This document shows positions 24,238 through 31,610 of a DNA stretch of 32,000 bases, one piece after another (positions within the stretch are counted from its first letter, which is position 1; each line of letters starts with the position of its first letter). The DNA lies in NCBI GenBank assembly GCA_022823225.1, contig JAJDXM010000083.1:16064-48063 (forward strand), read 5' to 3'. The notes under the pieces are model-generated. The model worked only from the letters and a program-made list of their open reading frames with translations, had not been told where the DNA came from and ran no database searches. A program made the translations under genes and the position numbers. This DNA is from Gemmatimonadota bacterium (lineage in GTDB: Bacteria; Gemmatimonadota; Gemmatimonadetes; Longimicrobiales; Gaopeijiaceae).

Positions 24238-27200
24238 ATGCATCCGCGTTGGACCGCTCCGCCGACCCGGCCACGCTGTGGTGTCCGCTTTACCAAATGT
24301 CGTGTTCTCTTTACATCTCACATCTCCAGGACTTCGCTCTTCGTTGCCTTGGCCCTCGCGGCGATCGCGTTCGCGCTGCCCGCGTTGGCCACGCCGCTCG
24401 CGGCCCAGCAGCGCCTCGACGAGGAGTACACCGCGCTCATCCGCGAATTCACCACCGAGGACTTCTTCTCGACGCCGCTCGTCGACCACCTCCCCTTCAG
24501 CGAGACGGTGCCCACCCCGCTCGACCACCTCGGCCACATCTCCGGCGCGCCCGACATCCTGAGCTATCCTGCAGAGGTGCATTCGTACATGCGCGCGCTG
24601 GCCGCCGCCTCCCCGCGGGTCGAGGTCTTCTCGATGGGCATGTCCGAGGAGGGGCGCGAGATGATCCTGGTCGTGGTCAGCTCCGAGGAGACAATCGCGG
24701 CGCTGGAAGCCAACAAGGCCGCGCTGCGCCGTCTGGCCGATCCGCGCGTCACAACGCCCGAAGAGGCGCAGGAGATCATTGGCACCGCGAAGCCGGTCTA
24801 CTGGTCCGCGGGCGCCATCCATTCGCCCGAGACCGGGTCGCCCGAGATGTTCATGGAGCTGGCCTACCGGCTCGCAGTCGGCGAAAGCGAATTCATCCGC
24901 GACATCCGCGACAACCTCATCTACATGATGACGCCGGTCGTCGAGCCGGACGGGCGCGCCAAGGTGGTTGACCTGCACATGGCGCGGCACAAGGACCCGG
25001 ACGCCACCACGCCCACCCGCCCGCTCTACTGGGGCCAGTACGTCGCCCACGACAACAACCGCGACAACATCGGCCTGTCGCTCGCACTCTCCCGCGCGGT
25101 GACGAACACCTACCTGGAGTACCGCCCGACCGTCTTCCACGACCACCACGAGTCGGCGTCGCACCTCTACACCTCGACCGGACGCGGCCCCTACAACGCC
25201 TGTCTCGACCCGATCGTCATCAACGAGTGGAACCGGCTCGCCTACAAGGAAGTCAAGGACATGACCGCCTACGGCGTCCCGGGCGTGTACACCTTCGACT
25301 TCTACGACGGCTGGGGCGCCAACTACATGATGTGGGTGGCGCACATGCGCAACTCGATCGGCCGCTTCTACGAGACGCAGGGCGCCGGCAACGCATCCAC
25401 GCGCATCATCCGTTCCAATGTGCAGCGTCAGTGGCACCGGCCCAGCACCCCGGTGCAGCAGGTCGTCTGGGGGATCAGGAACAACGTCAACCTGCAGCAG
25501 AGCGCCGTGATGATCGCCATGCACGAGGTGGCGACGAACCGCGAGGAATTCCTGCACAACTTCTACCAGAAGTCCGCCCGCTCGGTCGCGAAGGCGTACA
25601 AAGAGGGCCCGGCTGCCTACGTGCTGCCCGCCGCCGACCAGCGCCCCGGCCAGCAGGGCCGGCTGCTCAAGCTGATGGAAGACCACGCCTTCGAGGTGCA
25701 CCGGCTCAACGAGGACGTCGAGGTGGAGGGCGAGACCTTCGCCGAGGGCAGCTATGTCGTCCGGATGGACCAGCCGTTCTCGCGGGGCGCCGACATGCTC
25801 CTCGACAAGCAGTACTACAACCCCGACGACCCCCGGCCCTACGACGACGTGGGCTGGACGGTCGGGCCGCTCTTCAACGCAAAGACGGTGCGGATCGAGG
25901 ACCCGGCGATCCTCGACGCCGAGATGACGCTGGTCGAAACGGCGACGGTGCCGGGCGGGGTCGAAGGGCGCCGCGGCGGCGTCTACCTGGTGAACTACAA
26001 CGCCGACAACACGCTCGCCCAGTTCCGTTTCGCGAACGGCGACCTGGTCATCCACGCGGCGCAGGAGTCGTTCAGCGACGGCGACCGCGACTTCAACGCG
26101 GGCACCTTCGTCATCCGCGAGGAGGACAACCCCGAGGCCGACCTGGCGATGCGGCTCGACGCAGCCGCCACCGAGTATGGCTTCACCGCGGTCCGCACCC
26201 GCAACGAGCCCGAGGTGCCGATGCACGAGACCCGCGTGCCCCGGATCGCGGTCATGCACACCTGGACGAGCACCCAGGACGAAGGCTGGCTGCGCGTCGG
26301 GCTGGACGAGTACGGGATTCCGTACAACTACATCTCCGTACACGACGTGCGCGATAATGAACAGCTGCGCGACTCGTACGACGTGATCGTGATGGGGCAG
26401 ACCCGGGGGAACCCGCTGAGCGTGGTGCGGGGGCTGCAGGGCAGCGAGCCCGTCCCGTGGAAGGCCACCGAGCTCACCCCCAACATCGGGCGGCAGGCGT
26501 CCACCGACGACATGCGCGGCGGCCTGGGCCTCGAAGGCGTCCTGAACCTGAAGAGCTTCGTCGAGGCGGGCGGCGTCTTCGTCACGATGGCGAGCGCGTC
26601 GCAGCTGCCGATCCACTTCGGCCTGGCCGACGGCGTCTCGATCCGGCAGACGCCGGACCTGTGGGCACGGGGCGGCGTCTTCGCGACCCGGGTCACCGAC
26701 GAGGCGAGCCCGATCGGCTACGGCTATGACGAACTCGGGGTGTCCTTCAACTCGGCCCCGGTGTTCGCGGCGGGTGGTGGTGGGGGCTTCGGGGGCTTCG
26801 GCGGGTTCTTCGGCGGAGGCGGAGGCGGTGGCGGGCGAGGCCCGGGCGACACGACTGCCCGGCGCACCGGTCGCGGCGGCGTCGGCGAGCAGGACTACGT
26901 GCAGGGCCGGGCGCGCGACATGGGCCAGGCAGGCGTCGAGGCGTTCCGGGAAGCGCAGCGCGCGGAGCAGGAGGCGAACGCCGGCCAGCAGGGCGGTCCC
27001 GCCGGCGGCGGAGGGAACGCGAACCGCGTCCGCGTGGTGATGCGCTTCGCGTCGGACGTGAACGAGCTGCTGATCAGCGGCGGACTGCGGAACGGCCAGG
27101 CGCTGACCAACGCCCCGGCGGTGGTCGACGTCACCCTGGGCGACGGTCACATCGTGCTGTTCTCCTTCAACCCGTTCTGGCGCTCGCACACCCACGGATC

Positions 27201-27300
27201 GTACGCGCTGCTCTTCAACACCTTCATGCACTTCGACGCGCTGTCGGCGGATCCGGAAGCGGTGCTTGCGGAGCAGGAGGGAGGGTCTTCGAGCCGGTAG
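24238..27300 (+). CDS. Large exported peptidase M14 (zinc carboxypeptidase)-like protein
   Basis: Hydrophobic signal ...LFVALALAAIAFALPALATPLAAQQ. M14-type zinc motif AIHSPETGSPE (HSPE at nt 24820-24831) and a later HDHHES region. The long C-terminal extension carries a Gly/Phe-rich low-complexity insert. The start is uncertain: ATG 24238 is the last in-frame start before the signal peptide. Confidence 0.8.
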   Translation: MHPRWTAPPTRPRCGVRFTKCRVLFTSHISRTSLFVALALAAIAFALPALATPLAAQQRLDEEYTALIREFTTEDFFSTPLVDHLPFSETVPTPLDHLGHISGAPDILSYPAEVHSYMRALAAASPRVEVFSMGMSEEGREMILVVVSSEETIAALEANKAALRRLADPRVTTPEEAQEIIGTAKPVYWSAGAIHSPETGSPEMFMELAYRLAVGESEFIRDIRDNLIYMMTPVVEPDGRAKVVDLHMARHKDPDATTPTRPLYWGQYVAHDNNRDNIGLSLALSRAVTNTYLEYRPTVFHDHHESASHLYTSTGRGPYNACLDPIVINEWNRLAYKEVKDMTAYGVPGVYTFDFYDGWGANYMMWVAHMRNSIGRFYETQGAGNASTRIIRSNVQRQWHRPSTPVQQVVWGIRNNVNLQQSAVMIAMHEVATNREEFLHNFYQKSARSVAKAYKEGPAAYVLPAADQRPGQQGRLLKLMEDHAFEVHRLNEDVEVEGETFAEGSYVVRMDQPFSRGADMLLDKQYYNPDDPRPYDDVGWTVGPLFNAKTVRIEDPAILDAEMTLVETATVPGGVEGRRGGVYLVNYNADNTLAQFRFANGDLVIHAAQESFSDGDRDFNAGTFVIREEDNPEADLAMRLDAAATEYGFTAVRTRNEPEVPMHETRVPRIAVMHTWTSTQDEGWLRVGLDEYGIPYNYISVHDVRDNEQLRDSYDVIVMGQTRGNPLSVVRGLQGSEPVPWKATELTPNIGRQASTDDMRGGLGLEGVLNLKSFVEAGGVFVTMASASQLPIHFGLADGVSIRQTPDLWARGGVFATRVTDEASPIGYGYDELGVSFNSAPVFAAGGGGGFGGFGGFFGGGGGGGGRGPGDTTARRTGRGGVGEQDYVQGRARDMGQAGVEAFREAQRAEQEANAGQQGGPAGGGGNANRVRVVMRFASDVNELLISGGLRNGQALTNAPAVVDVTLGDGHIVLFSFNPFWRSHTHGSYALLFNTFMHFDALSADPEAVLAEQEGGSSSR

Positions 27301-27337
27301 GGGCGCGGGGCGGCCGCCCCCGAACCCCGCGGACAAA

Positions 27338-27736
27338 TCACTGCAGCGTCGCGACCAGCCCCGATTCGAGGATGTGGCGGTCGTGCGTGAGCAGCGTTGC
27401 GCCCAGTATGCGGGCGGTCGCCACGAGTATGCGATCCGCGGGATCACGGTGGAACGACTCCGGCAAGGCCGCCACCTCCGCCGCGATCGCCGGAGATATT
27501 CCGTGCCGCCGAACCAGCGGAGGTGCAGCCGCCTTCTCCAGCCACTCGCGGAGCGGAAGAGTGAGATGGATGCGGCCGAGGCTGTGAAGAGTGGCTACCT
27601 CCCAGAGGGAGATGTCGGAAACCCGCAACGGCGAGTCCCCGTCCGCCGCATCCAGTGCCCGCCGCTGTGCCGGAGACAGTGGCCCGTCGCCCTGGAGCCA
27701 CCAGATCAGAATATGGGTGTCGAGCAGCGCGGTCAC
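27338..27736 (-). CDS. vapC: PIN-domain ribonuclease toxin (VapC-like)
   Basis: The GTG start at 27736 overlaps the antitoxin stop (GTGA). VTALLDTHILIWW...SLWEV...HRDPADRILVATA...LLTHD supplies the four conserved acidic PIN positions. The longer 236-aa ORF upstream of this start is G/R-rich junk. Confidence 0.85.
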   Translation of the reverse strand: MTALLDTHILIWWLQGDGPLSPAQRRALDAADGDSPLRVSDISLWEVATLHSLGRIHLTLPLREWLEKAAAPPLVRRHGISPAIAAEVAALPESFHRDPADRILVATARILGATLLTHDRHILESGLVATLQ

Positions 27737-28023
27737 TCTCGGTCCACCCGGCCATCCGTGGAATCCGGATCCGGCGTATCGTCGGCACCGGCGAGACTGT
27801 CCCAGTGTTCCTCCGGCACCACCGGCCCAACGATATCGCCGACGATGGTGACGGTTCCCTTCAGTTCCGACTGCGGATGGTGGGACTCCGCCTGGCTCGG
27901 CGGCCAGAGTTCGGCGACCGGCCGTCCCCGCTTCAGGATGACGATGCGCTCGCCCGTCTCCCGCACACGGTCGAGAATGGCCAGGCACCGTGCCTTGAAG
28001 TAGGATGCGTTGATGGTTTCCAT
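27733..28023 (-). CDS. Phd/YefM-type antitoxin
   Basis: METINASYFKARCLAILDRVRETGERIVILKRGRPVAELWP is the Phd/YefM N-terminal fold signature. It has an acidic, disordered C-terminus and a 4-nt overlap with the PIN toxin gene. Confidence 0.8.
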   Translation of the reverse strand: METINASYFKARCLAILDRVRETGERIVILKRGRPVAELWPPSQAESHHPQSELKGTVTIVGDIVGPVVPEEHWDSLAGADDTPDPDSTDGRVDRE

Positions 28024-28025
28024 GC

Positions 28026-28058
28026 GACCAGTCTCGGTGACCGGTCATATGTTGTCAA
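28026..28058 (-). promoter_or_regulatory. Candidate promoter/operator of the phd-vapC module
   Basis: On the minus strand there is a perfect TTGACA (plus coordinates 28053-28058), a 17-bp spacer, then GAGACT (28030-28035). The 8-bp palindrome GACCGGTC (28039-28046) lies in the spacer, and a near copy GACCAGTC (28026-28033) overlaps the -10-like element. This spacing would put the transcription start at or next to the ATG (28023), making the mRNA possibly leaderless. Confidence 0.3.
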
Positions 28059-28158
28059 GGCTTTCGCCCGCCTGCGCGTCCGCTCCCACCTGCTTGCGCC
28101 CCCGCCCCCCGACCCGCATTCTGAACCGGGAGCAAAAGGATCGACAGGAGGCCAGAAA

Positions 28159-29544
28159 ATGCCGCGAACCAACGGCCTGGACCGCAGAACCTTCCTCAGG
28201 GGGGCGGGCTCCAGCGTCCTGCTTGGCACCGCGGGCATGTCCAGCCTGGCCGCCGGCTCCGGCCTGCTCGGCGCCCGGCGGGTGGCCGCCCAGCCGCCCG
28301 CCCGCCCCCACCCCCCCGCCCCCGACGACTACGATTTCGACGAGGTCATCGACCGCCTCGGCACGGACAGCGTGCGCTGGGACCGCGCGGTCGCGCAGTA
28401 CGGGGACGGAATCGTCGCGGGGATGGGCGTCGCGGACATGGACTTCCGCGCGCCGCCGTGCGTCACCCAGGCGCTCGCCGAGCGCTGCGCCCACGAGAAC
28501 TGGGGGTACATGCACCGCCCGGCCTCCTACGCAGAGGCGGTCGCGGCCTGGAACCACCGCCGCTACGGCATCGAGATCGACCCCTCGACCCTCGTCTTCA
28601 CGACCGGCGTCCACCCCGGGATCATCGCGGCGCTGCACACCTTCTCGCCGCCCGGCACCCGCGTCCTGATGACGACGCCCACCTACAACGGCTTCTACAC
28701 CGACCTCCGCTTCGCCCGCACGGTCACCGACGACAACCCGATGATCGTCGACGCGGAAGGCCGCTATTCCATCGACTTCGACGACTTCGAGCGGCGCGCC
28801 CGCCGGTGCAACACCTTCATCCTCTGCAACCCGCAGAACCCGACCGGCAACTGCTGGACGGCCGAGGACCTGACCCGCATGGGCGAGATCTGCCTGAGAC
28901 ACCGCTGCGTGGTGCTCGCCGACGAGATCCACTGCGACTTCGTGACCCGGGGGAACACCTATACGCCCTTCGCCACCCTCGACCCCGAGATCGTCGCGAA
29001 CAGCCTTACCTTCAAGTCGGGGAGCAAATCGTTCAGCCTCGCGGCGATGAAGGTGGCGTGGTACTACAGCACCAATCCGGACCTGCTCGAGCGGGTCAAG
29101 GCGAACACCCGCGCCGACCTGAGCACGCTCGGCATGGTGGCGATGCGCGCCGCGCTCAACGAGGGCGAACCCTGGCTCGACGACCTGCTCGTCTACATCG
29201 ATGCGAACCACGACGCTGCCGAGTCGTACATCCGCGACAACATCCCGGGCGTGCGCTACAGGAAGGCCCAGGGCACCTACCTGGCCTGGCTCGACGTGGC
29301 GGAGTTCGCCGAGCGGATCGGGGCCGCCGGGACCGCCGCGCGCGAGAGCGCCGAGGGCAGCGCCGACGTGACTCCCGAGAAGGTCGTGCAGCGGTGGTTT
29401 GCGGAGCGTGCTGGTGTTTTCCTGAACCCCGGCCCCGGTTACGGTACAGGCGGGGCTGGACATATGCGCATGAACCTCGCCTCTTCCCGGAAGATCGTGG
29501 AGTTGGCGTTGAACAACATGGCCGAGGCGGTGGCCGAGGCTTGA
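28159..29544 (+). CDS. PLP-dependent C-S lyase / cystathionine beta-lyase of the MalY/PatB class (aminotransferase class I/II fold) with a Tat signal
   Basis: ATG 28159 is preceded by aggag. MPRTNGLDRRTFLRGAGSSVLLGTAG is a near-consensus Tat motif. MalY/PatB-like motifs: DRLGTDSVRWD, MGVADMDF, CNPQNPTG, ADEIHCDF, and the PLP-lysine region KSGSKSFSLAAMK. Confidence 0.85.
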   Translation: MPRTNGLDRRTFLRGAGSSVLLGTAGMSSLAAGSGLLGARRVAAQPPARPHPPAPDDYDFDEVIDRLGTDSVRWDRAVAQYGDGIVAGMGVADMDFRAPPCVTQALAERCAHENWGYMHRPASYAEAVAAWNHRRYGIEIDPSTLVFTTGVHPGIIAALHTFSPPGTRVLMTTPTYNGFYTDLRFARTVTDDNPMIVDAEGRYSIDFDDFERRARRCNTFILCNPQNPTGNCWTAEDLTRMGEICLRHRCVVLADEIHCDFVTRGNTYTPFATLDPEIVANSLTFKSGSKSFSLAAMKVAWYYSTNPDLLERVKANTRADLSTLGMVAMRAALNEGEPWLDDLLVYIDANHDAAESYIRDNIPGVRYRKAQGTYLAWLDVAEFAERIGAAGTAARESAEGSADVTPEKVVQRWFAERAGVFLNPGPGYGTGGAGHMRMNLASSRKIVELALNNMAEAVAEA

Positions 29545-29606
29545 GGATCGGCTGGGGGAATGAAATCCGCCCCGGCAAAAATCCCCCGTTGGGGAGGAGA
29601 GCTGAA

Positions 29607-31232
29607 ATGAAGAGACTGAGCGCGACCTTCTGGAGCGCGGCGGCCGCCGCTGCCCTCATCCTGGCTGCCTTGGCTGCCCCGCCCGCGGCCCGGGCCCAGT
29701 TCGACGATGTCGGCGTCATCACCTTCCCGACCTCGGCGACCGGGGCGGCCCAGGAGCACTTCCTGCGCGGCGTCGCGATCCTGCACAGCTTCGGCTGGAA
29801 GCAGGCGCGCGAGCAGTTCCACGCGGCCCAGGAGATCGATCCCGACTTCGCGATGGCGTACTGGGGCGAGTCGCTCGCGTACAACCATCCGCTCGTCACC
29901 AACATGAACCCGGACGACCCCCGGGAAGCGCTGAAACGGCTCGGCGCCACCCCCGAGGAGCGCCTGGCCAAGGCGCCCACCGAGCGCGAGAAGGGCCTGC
30001 TCGGCGCGGTCGAGATCCTCTGGGGCGAGGGGCAGCACCGGGATCGCGCGGTCGGTTACATGGAGGCGATGGCGGACCTGCACGACGCCTATCCGGACGA
30101 CCCCGAGATCGCGGCCTTCTACGCGCTCAGCCTGCTCAGCGCGACCCGCGCGGTCCGCGACCTCAGCGACCGCTGGAACGTCCGCGCGGGCACGATCGCG
30201 CTCAAGCTGCTGAACGACAATCCGCTGCACCCCGGCGCGGCCCACTACACCATTCACGCCTTCGACCACCCCATCATGGCGCCGCTTGCGCTGGACGCGG
30301 CCTACGCCTTCGCCGACATCGCCCCGGCGGTGTCGCATGCGCGCCACATGCCGACCCACATCTTCATCCAGCACGGAATGTGGGACCTGGTCTCGGGCCA
30401 CAACCAGTCGGCCTATGACGTCGCGCGCGAGCTGTGGGTGCCCGGCGACGCGCTCGGGGACGCCATCCACGCGCTCGACTGGGGCCAGTACGGCGACCTG
30501 CAGCGCGGCGACTACGCCAAGGCGCGGCTGTGGATCGAGCGCCTCGAGTCGATGGTCCAGAACGACGGCTTCGAGACCGGCGGCGCGCGGGGCGAAGCCG
30601 GATCGGCGCGGGCGCGCAACTCCGTGCCGCTCCTCAAGTCACGCTACATCGTCGAGACCGAGGAGTGGGAGGTGCGCGAGGCGACCGACGACATGACCAC
30701 CAGCGAGTTGCTCGCGATCGGGCTCAGCGCGGCGCACACGGGGGATGAGGGCGCGCTCAAGGCGGCCGCCGGCATCCTCGGCGAGAAGTCGAACGGCAGC
30801 GGCTACAATCACGTCATGCACATGCAGGTCAGCGCGCTCCTGGCCGTGCATACGGGCAATCCCGACAAGGTGGAGAAGCTGATGGACGACGCCGTCACGA
30901 CGGTCGAAGCCATGGCGCCGCCGCGCGGCTCCGCCAACCCGATCAAGCCGGTCCACGAATTCTACGGCGAGCTCCTGCTGGACATGGACCGCGCCGAGGA
31001 CGCAGCCGAGATGTTCGAGACGTCGCTGCTGCGCATGGCGGGTCGGCCGCGCTCGCTCCTCGGGCTCGCCCGCGCGAACGCCATGATGGGCAACGACATG
31101 ATCGCCGCCGAGAACTACGCCAGGGTCGCAGCGATATGGGAGGGCCGCACCGGGATCGCCGGGCTGGACGAGGCCCGTGGCTTCCTGGCGGATCACGCGG
31201 CGGGCGGAGCGTCGAGTTCGGGCAGGCGGTAG
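29607..31232 (+). CDS. Secreted all-helical (TPR-like) protein with conserved His-rich motifs, function unknown
   Basis: ATG 29607 is preceded by ggaggag. Sec signal MKRLSATFWSAAAAAALILAALAAPPAARAQ. Helical-repeat character: FLRGVAILHSFGWKQAREQFHAAQEIDPDFAMAYWGESLAY. His cluster HPGAAHYTIHAFDHP...VSHARHMPTHIFIQHGMW. Confidence 0.7.
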   Translation: MKRLSATFWSAAAAAALILAALAAPPAARAQFDDVGVITFPTSATGAAQEHFLRGVAILHSFGWKQAREQFHAAQEIDPDFAMAYWGESLAYNHPLVTNMNPDDPREALKRLGATPEERLAKAPTEREKGLLGAVEILWGEGQHRDRAVGYMEAMADLHDAYPDDPEIAAFYALSLLSATRAVRDLSDRWNVRAGTIALKLLNDNPLHPGAAHYTIHAFDHPIMAPLALDAAYAFADIAPAVSHARHMPTHIFIQHGMWDLVSGHNQSAYDVARELWVPGDALGDAIHALDWGQYGDLQRGDYAKARLWIERLESMVQNDGFETGGARGEAGSARARNSVPLLKSRYIVETEEWEVREATDDMTTSELLAIGLSAAHTGDEGALKAAAGILGEKSNGSGYNHVMHMQVSALLAVHTGNPDKVEKLMDDAVTTVEAMAPPRGSANPIKPVHEFYGELLLDMDRAEDAAEMFETSLLRMAGRPRSLLGLARANAMMGNDMIAAENYARVAAIWEGRTGIAGLDEARGFLADHAAGGASSSGRR

Positions 31233-31276
31233 CGCGCGCCGGGGGTGGACCGGCGGTTGGGGTGCGAGTAGCTTCA

Positions 31277-31321
31277 TTGCACCACTTTGTTGCACAATCA
31301 CCACGAACTTGCACCACTTTG
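31277..31321 (+). promoter_or_regulatory. Tandem direct-repeat operator candidate upstream of the RHH antitoxin gene
   Basis: An exact 13-bp direct repeat TTGCACCACTTTG at 31277-31289 and 31309-31321, spaced 32 bp start to start. A third TTGCAC half-site (TTGCACAATCACC, 31290-31302) contains a -10-like CACAAT. The array ends 2 bp before the ATG at 31324. Confidence 0.5.
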
Positions 31322-31323
31322 CC

Positions 31324-31587
31324 ATGCCGAGAATCCATTTCGTCGTCAGTGAGACGGCCAAGATCGCCTACCACGCCGAGGCGAGCCGCGCGGGCAAGTC
31401 AATGGGCGAGTGGATGCGGGAGGCGGCCGATGAGAAGCTGGCCGCCGCGCGCCCGCGGAAGTTCACCGTGGAGGAGCTGGCGCGCTTCAACGCCGAGTGC
31501 GATGCCCGCCGCTCTGACCAGCCGGAACCGGACTGGGACGAGAGCAGGCGGGTGATCGCCGAATCCAGGCTGGCCGGGCTGGGGTAG
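31324..31587 (+). CDS. Ribbon-helix-helix (CopG/Arc-like) antitoxin
   Basis: MPRIHFVVSETAKIAYHAEASRAGKSMGEWMREAADEKL has a strand-helix-helix pattern typical of RHH antitoxins. 87 aa, located 23 bp upstream of a PIN toxin gene. Confidence 0.7.
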   Translation: MPRIHFVVSETAKIAYHAEASRAGKSMGEWMREAADEKLAAARPRKFTVEELARFNAECDARRSDQPEPDWDESRRVIAESRLAGLG

Positions 31588-31610
31588 CGGCCCGTGGACT
31601 GCGCCGCCGA

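Noticed and set aside
27301-27337. A GC-rich palindromic stretch (ggggcggccgcccc / gcgggg...ccccgc) between the M14 gene and vapC, as a bidirectional terminator.
   Set aside because: The stems are short (5-6 bp), with a minimal or irregular loop and no flanking T/A runs. This is not enough to call a terminator.
24019-27447. An 1142-aa ORF on the minus strand opposite the M14-like peptidase gene.
   Set aside because: It is a shadow ORF. The plus frame has a signal peptide, the HSPE zinc motif and balanced composition including K, N, Y, F and W.
27655-31232. Very long N-terminal extensions of the C-S lyase ORF (from 27655) and the helical-protein ORF (from 28458), plus the 472-aa minus ORF 28045-29463.
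   Set aside because: The extensions overlap other supported genes (vapC/phd and the lyase) and are R/P/G-rich. Internal ATGs at 28159 and 29607 have good Shine-Dalgarno sequences and are followed immediately by Tat/Sec signal peptides.
29607-31232. Assignment of the secreted helical protein to the TTC38 family.
   Set aside because: The general TPR-like character fits. However, the motifs I recall for TTC38-type proteins do not match the HYTIHAFDHP...HARHMPTHIF region, so I left the family unassigned.
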